A stretch of 64,000 bases of DNA from NCBI RefSeq assembly GCF_964355755.1, contig NC_092671.1, positions 20,088,001 to 20,152,000 on the forward strand, in the 5' to 3' direction. Origin of the DNA: Antedon mediterranea. Taxonomy: Eukaryota; Animalia; Echinodermata. The stretch's first letter is position 1. Each line of letters starts with the position of its first letter. The position numbers and the translations under genes are program-made. Shown here in pieces: positions 11,900 through 25,168 of this stretch. A model generated the notes under the pieces. That model made no database searches. It saw only the letters and a program-made list of their open reading frames with translations, and was not told where the DNA came from.

Positions 11900-13850
11900 T
11901 TGTATTTTCAGTATCAACTTCTAGTGTGTTTCTGACATGATGGATTATTCGAAATGGTTATGTTTTCACTAAACTTTCCAGGTGTGGATTTTTTATTGCC
12001 AAAAAATGGGTGAATAATATGCTGTGGTGCTGGTAATGAATGCTTTCTATTTTTTTTCATCTTTGGTGAAGGTGCAACAGATGTATTTGGCTCTTCTTTA
12101 GACTAGTGCTGTATGGCAATGCCATTGGTGTTATGGGTTGATCCTTTTCCAGACAAAGTCTCTTCTCCGAAGTCATTATTATCCCACACAAGGGTTTTGG
12201 AATTTGTTTTGTGAGGCATGACGGAAGTGAATTCCCTTGTTTGAGCTGCAAAGTAGCTAACGCTGTGTCATGTTGAAGAACGGATGAGTGAGAAGTGCAA
12301 TGGCCAAAGCCATTCATCAAGCCAATGAGTTTGAGACGATCCACTCAAATGGCGTAATGCCATTGAAATGGAAGTATGCTTTGGCATACTTTTTCTACCT
12401 CTTGATTCCAAGTATATAATATCTTGAGCAATAGAGAGCAATCGTCTATGATGATCAGATACTTTTACATTCTATTTCATTTGGATCAGAAGATACACCT
12501 GTTATCCATGCAAGCATGTTAAACAACTTCACAGGTATCATTTTTTGTGCTGTTCTAAATTGATATCTGTTGGCTTCGGTGGCCATGGTAAATGTTCCTT
12601 TGAGGACAGGTCATGAATTTCCATGTTTATCGAGAGAGCACATGTAAACATATCTTTGAATGTTCTCTGATGATTTATGGGTCTAATAACATTAGAACTT
12701 CCATGCATGTTTTCTGAATCAGTTGTATCAATACTGGAATCAATATCCATATCGACAATTAACATACCAGCATTGACCTCATCTACATAAAAAACTCGCT
12801 TTCATTATTTCAAAAAGCTGGGGTTATCTTTTTTTAAGTTGGCGTTTTAAATTTTATATGCACTGGCATCAACATTTTCTTGCTCACGTACAATTTGAAC
12901 AAACAATTATTTCAACTTATTCAACCTGACGATGTTTTTCTTTTGAATAAGGTCTTTATACACAATTTGACGACTTTGAATAAATTGAAATATCAGCATC
13001 ACTGGCTTGAGGTTTCCGATAAAGAACTTGTGTGTATTCCTTATGGCATAAACGGTGATACCTCAATTCAATTGCAATGCAATCTTGGTCTTTAATTTGT
13101 TGAAGCAAACGTTCATCTTGTTTTAATTCCGCTGCTTCAAGAAGGGTACCACCATTAATGTGTTCACACATCATCAATTTCTCCATGGTCCTACTCGCTT
13201 TAAATCGGTCCACTCTTCCATATCGCAGTTTTTTGCAAATAATGCATACAGCAGGAAGGACATGTTTACTCCTAGCAGGGGTACTAACACTACTAGACAC
13301 CTTTGATCTCAGACAACGAAGCCTTTTTTTTCAGTGGAACTTCATCAACATTGCCTTTAAAAAAATACCTAACAATATTTACTCGACAGTATTTTATCTT
13401 GCAATATGGATGGGGATTAAATCCTATAAAGATATGAAAACAAAGAAGCGACAGGTGATTAAAGTCAATAATTCATTCTGTAAATTTGAGTTATTAAACA
13501 AATTAAATTAGTAGACAGTGAAAAAAGGAAGATTAGTCTTTATACCATGGTCTTCCGTGTCTGATTTGGTATTCTTTATTTTTTTCTTGGCCTTCTGAAG
13601 TCTGTAGGTATCAGTAAATCGCTGATAACATCTACGCTGATATCTTCCTCCCTTATCAGGTATCGGCAGTTGGGAAATTGTATCAATATCAGATTCAGTA
13701 GATTCCAAAAATGAGGTGGAGATTTTACCCTGTTCTGTGTTATTGCAGTCTTTCCATTTAATCACATACGGTAAATGGTTTCCAGCTAGAGTCTGGTTTA
13801 TTCATGCAGTGCATGAAACATTGTTTGGTATCCATGCTTCTAAATAAAAT
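11900..13850 (-). pseudogene. AcademX-like transposase remnant (frameshifted, N-terminal half)
   Basis: CIICKK, IAIELRYHRLC, LPWPP, LIGLMNGFGHCTSHSSVLQHDTALA and WDNNDFGEETLSGKGSTHNTNGIAIQ occur across several frames. Confidence 0.7.
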
Positions 13851-13999
13851 ATGACATAGTCATGTTTAATTTGAAAATAATAATAATAAAGGTAAACCTA
13901 GCCTGGGCCTAGGTACATTAAATATTATTTATAATGACGGTATTTTAAAGCATATAGGCCTATAATATACTGTTATATTTAATTATAAATTAATAATAA

Positions 14000-14027
14000 C
14001 TAGATGGTACGCGAGCGTACCATCTAG
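14000..14027 (-). other. GC-rich hairpin ending in CTAG (Helitron/Helentron-type 3' end)
   Basis: CTAGATGGTACGC-GA-GCGTACCATCTAG, a 13-bp perfect stem next to a T-rich flank on the - strand. Confidence 0.45.
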
Positions 14028-14632
14028 GTCGTGTCCACACAGATGGTTCTTGAATACGCAGTAATTTCAGCGTAGAAAAACCGGCGATTCCAATGTACTA
14101 TAGTACATTGTCGTTTACTGAAACGAATAAATAGACACGACGGCTGAACTAAAATTAGCACCCTGGGAATTAGGCCAACTTCCGAAGGAGAAACTTGTCT
14201 TTAAAATGAGTCCAAATTTTTTATTTGAACTCATTTAAATAAACCCAATTTGTGTTCTGTATACAACATTAAAGTTGAGGGATGGGGAAGAGGATGGGAG
14301 AACAATTTTTAAATATATTCTTTATCCTCTCAGTAACGAAATAGTGTTTTAAATGTTTTATAGGCCTATCAATAATATACCACTAAATACAGTAAAACAT
14401 TTACGATTTAATACTTTTTTGAAACTGTCCCTGTTATTTCAATTCAATTCATCGACATTTTTATTCCATAATCAAAATAAAAACATATACAAATACAATA
14501 CAAATAATAAGATAATGGAATGGGATACAAAATAAGCACAAGTGCTTTAAGCATGTAACCCTAACAAAAAGATCAAACAATTAGTACACACAAAAAGAAC
14601 AAACCAAAATAACATAATGTGATTTACTTAAC

Positions 14633-17599
14633 TTAAATATTTCTATTGTTATAATATTGCTTTAATCTCTGTTTAAACAAACTTAAAGTGGGGGATTGTT
14701 TTATATAGTCTGTTAAATTGTTCCAAATATGTGTTCCTTGGTAGGAAATACATTGCTGTCCGACTTTGGTGCGTTTTAGTTGTGGACAGTAGTTTGACCT
14801 GTTTCTAGTTGAGTAATTATGGAATGAGGCAGATGTACTAAATAAGTTATTAAATGATTCAGGTAATAGATTATGTTTATATTGATACATAAATATAGCA
14901 GTGTGTTTCGTATAAAGGTCAAAAATATTTAATGTTTGGGTTGAAATAAAAAGTGGATGAGAAGGATGCATAAAATGAACATGACAAATATTTCTAAGTG
15001 TTTTTTTCTGGAGAATATGTATACGGTTTAAGTTTGTAGCAGAAGTAGCACCCCATACTGTGATAGCATACGTTATTCTAGGTAATATAAGTGCATTGTA
15101 TACCGTTAACAAGATGTTACTTGATAACATAGACTTCACTTTGTTTAAGACACCAATTATTCTAGAAATACTGTTTGCTACCTCATTTACATGAAAATTA
15201 AACGATAAAGTTTCATCCAGAAATAAGCCTAGAAATTTAACTTCAGTAGCTTTTACTATACATTCATTTCCCATCCTCAATTCTAGTGAGGTAGTGTCAG
15301 CTGACTTATTTCTAGCCTTAAATATAACATATTTTGATTTGTTTACATTTAGCGTTAATTTGTTAGCAATAAACCAGTCCGAAAGTATAGATAACTCCTG
15401 GTTCATTGTATCAAAAGCTTGAGTAATATCATTGTGACTATAAAACACATTTGTGTCATCTGCATACATAATCATGTCTACATGGTTACATGCTAGACTA
15501 ATATCATTAATGAATATAAGAAATAATAATGGACCCAATATGGATCCCTGAGGAACTCCAGTGTTTACTCTCATTTTACTAGATGCAGTATTAACAATAA
15601 ATGTGTATTGTAGTCTTTTTTTAAGATAGTTTGAGAACCAGTTTAGCGGAACTCCTCTTATACCATAAAATCTTAACTTATCTAATAATATATCATGATC
15701 GATTGTATCAAACGCTTTTGATAAATCAAGGAAAACTCCTAGTGTGAACTCTTTATTCTCAATAGCGTTTGTGATTTTTTCAATCGATTGTATTAAAGCA
15801 TGACTAGTTGAATGGTGTTGTCTAAATCCATACTGTGTTTTACTCAGTACGTTATATTTTGAGAGGTAACAAATCGTTTGATCATACACAATCCTCTCAA
15901 ATATTTTGGAAAAAAAGGGTAAAATGGAAATAGGCCGATAATTATTTATATCGGAGATGTCACCATTCTTAAATACCGGGATAACTTTAGCAATTTTTAT
16001 ATCAGCCGGGACACAGCCCGATGATAATGACGTATTAATAATATGCAATAAAGGTTTTAAAATAAACGGGGAAGCAGATTTTATGAGTTGGGCACTTATA
16101 CCATCATGGCCAGGAGAAGTATTCTTTGTGTTTTTAATATAGTGGTTAAGTTCATGTTCAGTAACAGGCTTAAAAAACATTGAAGAGGTAAAATTTCCCT
16201 TTAAGAAAGTTCTGTGGGTGATTTCTTCATTTTGAGATTCATGCCTAAATTTATTATTTAGTTTTTCTCCAATATTAATAAAAAAAGAGTTGAATGCATC
16301 AGCTTTCTCATCATTATCAGAGAAAGTCTCAGTACCCAATTTTATTTTTGTAGGCAAATTGGTAGTCTTTTTCCTACCCATTATATCATTTAGGATTGTC
16401 CACGTTTTTTTAATATCTTGTTTATTTCGTTCAAACTGGACCATATAATATTCTTTTTTCCGATTTCTAATAGTAGTGGTTAACTTGTTTCTAAAATGTA
16501 TGTACGTACTTTTATTAGTAGTGGTGTTATTTTGTTTGTACTTTTTATATAATTTATGTTTTTGAGAGATAGCTCTGGCAATTTCAGCTGTGATCCAAGG
16601 AGATTTTAACTTGTTCGCCTTATTTCTAATTCGTTTTAAAGGGAAACAATTATCAATTGTTTTATTTAAAGTGTTTGTAAAATTTTGATAAGCAACATTC
16701 GCATTATTTGAGAATAGCACATCATTCCACTGATTACTTTGTAATTCTTGCAAAAAATACTCCGTTTGTTGAGGAGAGTATTGTCGTTTATATACAAATC
16801 GAGGATATTGCTTATTATGTTTTTCCAAAGTATCTACACAGAATATTGGGAAGTGATCAGAAATATCAGTAATAAGTATTCCACTTTTAAGGGACGTAGT
16901 AAAAGAATCGATGTTGCAATAAATGTTATCAATTATTGAAGCACAATTATCGGATATTCTAGTAGGACTTTTTATGATTGGCTGAAATGACTGAGAAAAT
17001 ATTGTGTCTAAGTGTGATTGGATAGTGTTGTCGGTAGATTGTTGGAGTAAGTTTATGTTATAGTCTCCCACAAGGTAAGCTTTCTTTTTTTCTAGATTAA
17101 TCATTTGCATTACACATGTTAATTCATCATCAAACTTTTGCAAGGAACGTGAGGGTGGTCTATAAACTATACCACAAATAACATTATTTCCTGATTCTAA
17201 CTCAATCTCAATAAAAATAGTCTCTGCTTCAGTCATACAAGATGACAGATCATTTCTAATAATATATGTTAGTTTGTTGGTAACATAGAACGCTACCCCA
17301 CCACCTCTCTTATCTTTCCTATCATTGTGAATCAAACTGTAGCCTGGTAACTGGTATAGATTAATATTATCTTTTTCGGTTAACCAGGTTTCACTGAAGG
17401 CAATAACGGAGAAGGCATGTACGAGTGAGTCTAAATAGTTTGAGATTAAGTCAAACTTATTAACAACACTACGACAGTTTAGTCCAAATATAGAAAAGTT
17501 TGATGATAAATTAGAATGTTCAAGTGAAGAAATTAAGTTATCTTCGTTAAAATATTCTGTGCTCACATTTACATTATCAAAGAGGTCACATTCAAACAT
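14633..17599 (-). CDS. LINE ORF2: APE endonuclease plus reverse transcriptase, 988 aa, uninterrupted
   Basis: SETWL, GGGV, YRPP, GDYN, SDHFPI (APE); YRPISIL, QYGFR, FLDLSKAFD, GVPQGSILGP, YADD, FLG (RT). Confidence 0.97.
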   Translation of the reverse strand: MFECDLFDNVNVSTEYFNEDNLISSLEHSNLSSNFSIFGLNCRSVVNKFDLISNYLDSLVHAFSVIAFSETWLTEKDNINLYQLPGYSLIHNDRKDKRGGGVAFYVTNKLTYIIRNDLSSCMTEAETIFIEIELESGNNVICGIVYRPPSRSLQKFDDELTCVMQMINLEKKKAYLVGDYNINLLQQSTDNTIQSHLDTIFSQSFQPIIKSPTRISDNCASIIDNIYCNIDSFTTSLKSGILITDISDHFPIFCVDTLEKHNKQYPRFVYKRQYSPQQTEYFLQELQSNQWNDVLFSNNANVAYQNFTNTLNKTIDNCFPLKRIRNKANKLKSPWITAEIARAISQKHKLYKKYKQNNTTTNKSTYIHFRNKLTTTIRNRKKEYYMVQFERNKQDIKKTWTILNDIMGRKKTTNLPTKIKLGTETFSDNDEKADAFNSFFINIGEKLNNKFRHESQNEEITHRTFLKGNFTSSMFFKPVTEHELNHYIKNTKNTSPGHDGISAQLIKSASPFILKPLLHIINTSLSSGCVPADIKIAKVIPVFKNGDISDINNYRPISILPFFSKIFERIVYDQTICYLSKYNVLSKTQYGFRQHHSTSHALIQSIEKITNAIENKEFTLGVFLDLSKAFDTIDHDILLDKLRFYGIRGVPLNWFSNYLKKRLQYTFIVNTASSKMRVNTGVPQGSILGPLLFLIFINDISLACNHVDMIMYADDTNVFYSHNDITQAFDTMNQELSILSDWFIANKLTLNVNKSKYVIFKARNKSADTTSLELRMGNECIVKATEVKFLGLFLDETLSFNFHVNEVANSISRIIGVLNKVKSMLSSNILLTVYNALILPRITYAITVWGATSATNLNRIHILQKKTLRNICHVHFMHPSHPLFISTQTLNIFDLYTKHTAIFMYQYKHNLLPESFNNLFSTSASFHNYSTRNRSNYCPQLKRTKVGQQCISYQGTHIWNNLTDYIKQSPTLSLFKQRLKQYYNNRNI

Positions 17600-18334
17600 T
17601 TAAATTAGACAGAAAAGGAAATGACAAATGAATAAAATTGAGCAAGCTGCTTACAGCAGAGAATAGTTAACACATAATAGCCTAAGTTAACAAGTATGTA
17701 CAATAAATTACAATATATACAATGTAATATGAATTGTTTTATCATGACATACCAACAACAACTAAACGACAGGCAGTGAAACAATAATGATGATCATGGA
17801 CGCCAATTAAGTATTTGGTTAACTTAAAAGATTTTGATCAATCTAACTCACCGATGTCCAGAATGTATTATTATGGCAAGTTATCGTTACTCACTGGTAA
17901 GTCAAACATCGCCGGTAAACAGCTACGTTGAAACGGTCTAGAACATGATGTTCAACCCAGTAACTCATCGATGAATAACCGGTAAACAACTACGTTGAAA
18001 CTTACATCGTCAACAGCCACTTAATTGTTGTTGGTATTTCTCATTATGTAACACTATCGTCGCACACCTGCCGTGGGTCACATGAATTAAAGTTTGAATG
18101 GACAGAGATATCCAGAACATAACACTAACAGCCAGGTGCGCGACATAAACAAACAAACTTCGTTTATTTACAATTTATAACGGTAGAAATACTACTACAA
18201 TCACATAATTAGTCTACGTTCTACAAGACAATGATAGACTCTGCGGTAATGTAGGTATGAAATATAATTCATAAACATTAATTAATTGTGTTCAATTGAA
18301 CATTAATTAATTTGGCTTAATGACTTAATTATAG

Positions 18335-18458
18335 TTATTTTAGTGGCTTGTATGGCTTACCGTCGATAAACAGTTGTCCATTTCTGAATACGGGCTTACG
18401 TTTTTCGGCATATGCCTGCGCCATAATTGTAGATAATTCTCTCTTTTTCTTCATGTCA
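18335..18458 (-). pseudogene. C-terminal remnant of LINE ORF1
   Basis: DMKKKRELSTIMAQAYAEKRKPVFRNGQLFIDGKPYKPLK* resembles L1/CR1 ORF1 C-terminal domains (LxIDG). Confidence 0.6.
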
Positions 18459-18785
18459 TATATTCGATTGAAATAGTAAAGTACATGTAACGATACACCA
18501 CTACGACCTTTATATTTTTTATAATTATTAATTAATACAAACTTTAAGAATCAACTGTCAGTAATACAGTTTTTATTTGTATATTATGTGTTTATATATA
18601 TCCAGAAGTAGAGCCTGTCCCTGTTATATTCGATTGAAATACTGTAGTAAAGTACATGTAACGATACACCACTACGACGTTTATATTTTTTATAATTATT
18701 AATTAATACAAACGTTAAGAAGCAAATGTCAGTAATACAGTTTTTATTTGTATATTATGTGTTTATATATCCAGAAGTAGAGCTA
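18459..18785 (+). repeat. Tandem duplication of ~165 bp
   Basis: TATTCGATTGAAATA...GTAAAGTACATGTAACGATACACCACTACGAC...CCAGAAGTAGAGC occurs twice. Confidence 0.9.
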
Positions 18786-20407
18786 CCCACAGTCACAGTA
18801 ATAAATGTTCTTTGTATATGTGTTTATATATCTAACAGTAACCACATTCACAGTAAGAAAATTTCGATTCAAATGGCGACCAAAAATGGTTAATACGTAT
18901 TACAATATTGTAAAAGTATTACAATACTATATCTCAGTTGTAAGTTTATTCCCCAAGGGCCCATCAATTTACCTACTTGTGTTAAACCAAGGACTCATAA
19001 ATTTACCTACAAACTGGTAGATTAGAATGTTCTATTCATCGCAAATCAATACAATTGTATAAACATATATTAAATCTATCAAAATAGTATTTTTTAAAGA
19101 AAATCAGCCTGTCTTCAACATTATGATGTTGTATTCGAGCTGTTCAACCGGTTTTCAGCCATTAAAAACAATTATCATAGGAGGAGACAGGAAAATGCGA
19201 ATCATCCTCTATTATTGTATTGCGGGTATTTTTCAAGATGGACATGCATTATAGACAGTGTATACCACGATCAGAAAACACCCCTATTTGGGGACAAATC
19301 GTTGAACCTAAATTCGTTTTAATTGTCAATAACTAATTATCGAACTCAATTTAATTAGTAACATCAGGTAGTTAAAATCAGTATCGAAAGTACGAACCAA
19401 CTTTATATATCATCGAGTAAACATTCTAGAAATACAAATGGGACTCAGAATGTTTGAATACCTACCAAACAAGAGTAGATAATTGTTTATTAATTACCAA
19501 ACCCATCTTTTATATCAAAAATCAAAAACAGTATCTATGGCACGCCCATGGTGCCTTTCAGAGGAGAACAATGAGTAATGATCTAACAGCAGATCGTTAT
19601 CAGTTGTGTTCTTCTTGCATAATCTTTTTAGCATAAAATTGTTGACCAAAAACAGAGTACTCTAGTAGCTAGATCAACTTTCGTATGCACTTTAAGGTCC
19701 AGAGAATTTGACTTCAGAAATTGGTTTAGGGTGGTCAAACAATCATTTTTGGCTTGGTTACACATTTTGAAAATGTGGCGAAAGGTCAAAAGGTCAGGGT
19801 CAAAGGTTATAAAATCAAACACCATTATGTCCTTAAATCTCGACAACCACTGGTCACAGCGAGGTAATTTTGGTCTTAAATTAATCAGAAGGTATACATT
19901 TATATTCAGTCTAATGAAACATTTTAGTCGAAAATGACCGGAAATGCCATTTCTGACCTTTGACCCATAAACCAGGGCATGTCTGTATCTCCGTAACTAT
20001 TGGCCGTAGTGACTTGAATTTGGGCTCAAATTGTTCGAAATATAAATTTAGTTATTTGTTACACATTTTGAACAATGTTACAAAAGGTCAAAAGGTCAAG
20101 GCCAGGGGTTATATGAATAAACACAAATAGGTATTTGTATCTCGGCAACCACTGGTCACAGCGAGTAAATTTTGGTCTCAAAATGTTCAGAAGGTATACA
20201 TTCATATTCAGTCTAATGAAACATTTTAGTAAAAAATGACCGGAAATGACATTTCTGACCTTTGACATACATACCAGGGCATCTTCTTTTCTCTGTAAGT
20301 ACAGGTCGTAGAAACTTAAATTTAGTATCAAATTGTTAGAAATACACATATTTACATTCATTCTAACAGAAAATTTGGATAAAAGATGATCAGAAATACT
20401 ATTAATT

Positions 20408-23400
20408 GGGTCATTCCATGCCAAATCAACAAATTAGTTGGCAGGTAATCTCTTAGATTTTGCTGATTTTTTTTCCTAAGGTACCTCTATCTATATAATG
20501 AACACATGCAAAAAATCAGCCCTCAATTCCAAGCGGTTTCGGAAATATGGCCGTTTTAAATTTGGTCGTCTCGCCCCATTTTTCGTTCCAAAATCGCGGA
20601 GTTTAATATTTTGTGTTTTTGGAGGTTTATATTTCCACAACGGACAAATATATTAAGCTGAAAATTACTACCCATGGATAATTCCCACTCAATAAACAGA
20701 ATCTTGTGAAAAAAAAATTTGATCTCTACTACTTTGGAAGATACAGCAGTCCGAAAACCCATTTTCGTTAAGCAAAATTAGCTTTTTTCGATTTTCGGCA
20801 GCCCTGTATACCCACAATAGCATTCATAGAGTGTTCAAACTTTTTAATTCTGTTATATAAGTACATACATTTACTCTAAAACAATAATATAATATTTTAA
20901 AGCTGAAATAACAAAATAACTAGTACCCAAAGTATGGTCCGGGGGAAAAACCATGAAAATAGCCCATTTTCTCGTTGACCTTTGACCCCGTAGATGAATC
21001 TTGACATACTTCAAAATTGCGTTAATTATTAAATACATATCAGATCTATATCCGATTCAAATTTGAAATTTGCAACTCCACTGCTTCATGGTTATCTAAA
21101 TTTTATAAACAGTGCTACTTTTTCATTTTTATATACTTTTTTTATACTATAGCCGTTTTTCGTACTTTTTGAGTTCTCTAAATTGATAATTAGAACTATT
21201 AACATTTTAAAATTAATCAATTTTAGCTAACTTTTTGTGCTGATTCCAAAAATGTAAACAGATTTACCATATCTTGTTTTATTCCTATTGATACTGTAGC
21301 CTAAAAATGATCGAAAATGACATTTATAGGATTTCTTTGTACATATTGGAAACACAACTTACATGTAAACTGGATGGTATTACTTTGTATTTCAACCATG
21401 CACATGCCAATTTTGATATATATGTATGTATAATAATAGTGTTCAGCTATTTAAAATTTGGTAACAGTGCTATAATACGTTTGTGGTCCGCTTCCAATAA
21501 TTATTACTGCCGACCTTGTATCTCTGGAGTATTAATACCACAGATAATATCCTGAAACGGCGGCACATAACATTGGTTAGCTGGATTATCTGGTGGCCAG
21601 TTAAGATTGCCTGTGCGTATTGATTTTTTCATGAACTTAACATGTACATCACTGTTTTCATCTGAACGTTCATCTATAGTTCCAATGTACCACTCCTTTC
21701 ATACATACAAGCAATATATTTACCAGTCATCATTCGGAATTGAAATGTTTTCTTCTTCACACACTACCTAACTAAACACACAGTGCTGTAAAAAAAAAGT
21801 CATCTTCAGACAATCTGCGCATTTCAAGCTTTCCTGCAGATATACCGGAATAAAGCTATGATGGGAGAGCGAGTACCCATAATAGTTTTTGATGATAAAT
21901 AGCGTTCCTCTAGTTTGTAAGCTTCTGTATTTTTCTGTACATCCTTATCACTTACAAAGAAGAATTTGATGCCAGCAATATTTTTAGAGACCCAGTCAAA
22001 CATTTGAAGAGCCGTGAGGATTTGGTTTCCTTCTGTTGCCTGTAAACTTGCTCGTGCAACAAGCCTCTTCACTGTACCGCAGATACCATCACATGGGCTT
22101 TTTCCATGACTAGTGGCAAAAAAATGCCACTGGGCATTAATGCATGATCAGATTGGTGATGACATAGGTTTGTGAGGTTTTTGTAATTTTTATACTGGCT
22201 TGCTGCACCATCACTATAGTGAATTAATTTAGTTGTATGTGGTAAGATTTCTTTTAAATAAGATGCCAACACATTTAATAAATGCATGAACTGTTGATGT
22301 TGCATGTTTAAGGCAGTCCGAAATAACACAGACACTAATGCACTTGAGATCTTCATTCTCCTTATAGTATATAGCAAATGGGTGGAGTGTCGCCTGGCTA
22401 TTGTCCCAATAGAATAGTTTTCTGCAAAGTCTAACAGTACGATGACTTCATCTCCTGCTGCTAACTGCTCTAAGGTTTCGCAAGTAGGAGGCAGCCTGGG
22501 CTTTTGTTACAAAATAGTGTTGACAAAGTTTATCTAAAGCATCGCATAGTGTCTGAAGGAGTTCTTGAATTGACAGTTGTAAGTTGTGTTCTGTCTGTGT
22601 GCATCCATTGCTTGTAATTAACAGAATCCTCCATGTCAACTTCGTAGTCTGAGCACACTTGCGACATCGACAAATAGCTCATGAGGGCTATTTTACCAGG
22701 ACAGTTGGTACAAGACCGCATCATGCAGTCCCGATTACTTATGTCGCATACCATTCTTGCGAGCAGGTCTTTGTATTCTTGTTTATTAGGAAGAGCTGCA
22801 ATAAGAAGCTTCACATTTTGATGTTTTTGGCAGACATAGGTACGTATGTCCATGTTTGAAGGATACCACCCAGTGACATGTAGTTAGTGGTTTCAATAAA
22901 CAAAGAAATTCTATAAATTTCATTTTCGATCATTTTTAGGCTCCAGTATCAATAGGAATAAAACAAGAAATGATAAATCTATTTAAATTTTTGGAATCAG
23001 CACAAAAAGTTAGCTAAGACTGATTAATTTCAAAATGTTAATAGTTCTAATTATCAGTTTAGAGAACTCTAAAAGTACGAAAAATGGCTATAGTATAAAA
23101 AAAGTATATAAAAATGAAAAAGTAGCACTATTTAAAAAATTTAGATAACCATGAAGCAGTGGAGTTGCAAATTTCAAATTTGAATCAGATATAGATCTGG
23201 TATGTATTTAATAATTAACGCAATTTTGAAGTTTGTTAAGATCCATCTACGGGGTCAAAGGTCAACGAGAAAATGGGCTATTTTCATGGTTTTTTCCCCC
23301 GGACCATACTTTGGGTACTAGTTATTTTGTTATTTCAGCTTTAAAATACTATATTATTGTTTTAAAGTAAATGTATGTACTTATATAACAGAATTAAAAA

Positions 23401-23842
23401 GTTTGAACACTCTATGAATGCTATTGTGGGTATACAGGGCTGCCGAAAATCGAAAAAAGCTAATTTTGCTTAACGAAAATGGGTTTTCGGACTGCTGTAT
23501 CTTCCAAAGTAGTAGAGATAACTTTTTTTTGACACCAGATTCTGTTTATTGAGTGGGAATTATCCATAGGTAGAAATTTTCAGCTTAATATATTTGTCCG
23601 TTGCGGAAATATAAGCCTCCAAAAACACAAAATATTAAACTCCGCAATTTTGGAACGAAAAATGGGGCGAGACGCCCACATTTAAAACGGCCATATTTCC
23701 GAAACCACTTGGAATTGAGGGCTAATTTTTTGCATATGTTCATTATATAGATAGAGGTACCTTAGGAAAAAAAATCAGTAAAATCTAAGAGGTGACCTGC
23801 CCAAATTTTGTTCAGATTTGTTGATTTGGCATGGAATGACCC
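20408..23842 (-). mobile_element. Sola2-like DNA transposon, internally deleted
   Basis: GGG...CCC termini, AATT on both sides, ~930-bp TIRs; transposase remnants HQNVKL, CMMRSCTNCPG, DFAENYS, SDGAASQYKN, FFATSHGKSPCDG at 21500-22860. Confidence 0.8.
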
Positions 23843-24058
23843 AATTACTAATCTTTTAAATGAAAAACATATCTACCTAACTTATCATTAGACAGTAATG
23901 TTATGCAATAATTGATGCTTAATGATTTCATTATACTGTAGGAATTAAAACAAATCCTTTACTGTTTGTAATAATTGTACTTTTGCTTATAATAATGCTA
24001 GAAAGTATTGTTGACCCCCGAACGTTCAAACATTTTGAGAATGCTAGAAGTAATTTAC

Positions 24059-25168
24059 TGTAGTTACCCGAATAAAATCCTCTGGCATTTATTTATTCAG
24101 GGAAGGTGTTTATTTTGTTGGGTGTAATAATGGTAACATGTATAATCAAATAAATACACCCCAGATATATATATAAAAAAAATATATATATATAATAAGA
24201 ATAATAACGGGATTAAACCTCATTCTATCCTGGAGGAAGTACAATCATGTAATAAAAGGTATCGGAGACCACAATAATAAACCAAGTCATTGTCATTATT
24301 ACGTAACACTGTTGCATAATAGTTTTGAATGTCAACGACAAAACTTATACATACACGTCTGTTCCCAGTGTAGATAATAAAACAATATATATTTCTGGAG
24401 ATTTATTATCAATACCACTAGAAACTTTGACATGTTTTAGGTACTGAATGCATTGACAATAAAAGCATCAGAAGTTTATCATGATAAAATCATACTACAA
24501 CACTGTACTACAGTACACAAGGGTGTTTTCAGGAAAGCTGGACATATTGTACAATAGTAATGAAACTATGTATTGGCATTTAAAACTATGCAAAAGATTG
24601 TTGTTTATTTGTAGTTACAAACAAATAGATGATAGAATGAAGATCCATTATGAGTGCAATCGTGTCAGGATAATGATGTGTCATTGTTTTATATCATTAT
24701 ACTGGCACCTGGAGGAGAAGATCCATTTAATGGAATCTATCACTTTTATTTTAAAAGACAGAAACATTTCGTTAAAAAGCATAAAGAGGAAAACGAATCA
24801 TGTAAAGTACCTTTTATCAGTTGAGAAACGAAATACAATTATTAAAATTAGAGTATTCCTTCAAATAAACCCCACCATTCCCTCCAATAGAACACCATGT
24901 GGAATAAACGCCCCGCCACATGCATTTACAGAATAATTGTATGACGTCAACACATTTCATTAACTACCATAATCTACAATTTACCAAGCATTTTGACATA
25001 ATTTTATCACTTTTTGATATTAATTGTGCAGTATTTTTTTACATCTAGGTGGTATTTATTTGATTATACATGTTACCATATTATACCCCAAATAAAGATG
25101 CCTCCTTTCCCCCTAAAAACCCTTTTGAACAATAAATGCCTGGAGCGTTTAATCGGATACATATGGCA
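24059..25168. mobile_element. Degenerate MITE at the centre of the foldback element
   Basis: Inverted arms, e.g. TGGTAACATGTATAATCAAATAAATAC (24131) vs GTATTTATTTGATTATACATGTTACCA (25052). Confidence 0.55.

Larger units (their letters stand above)
14438..18458 (-). mobile_element. CR1-group LINE (Crack/Daphne-like), 5'-truncated within ORF1
   Basis: 3' tail AATAAA+(TGAAT)n at ~14440-14465, ORF2 intact, ORF1 C-terminus at 18335-18458; junctions defined by an empty-site copy at 18615. Confidence 0.9.

Noticed and set aside
24481-24936. 151-aa + strand ORF
   Set aside because: No recognisable motif; AT-rich MITE interior.
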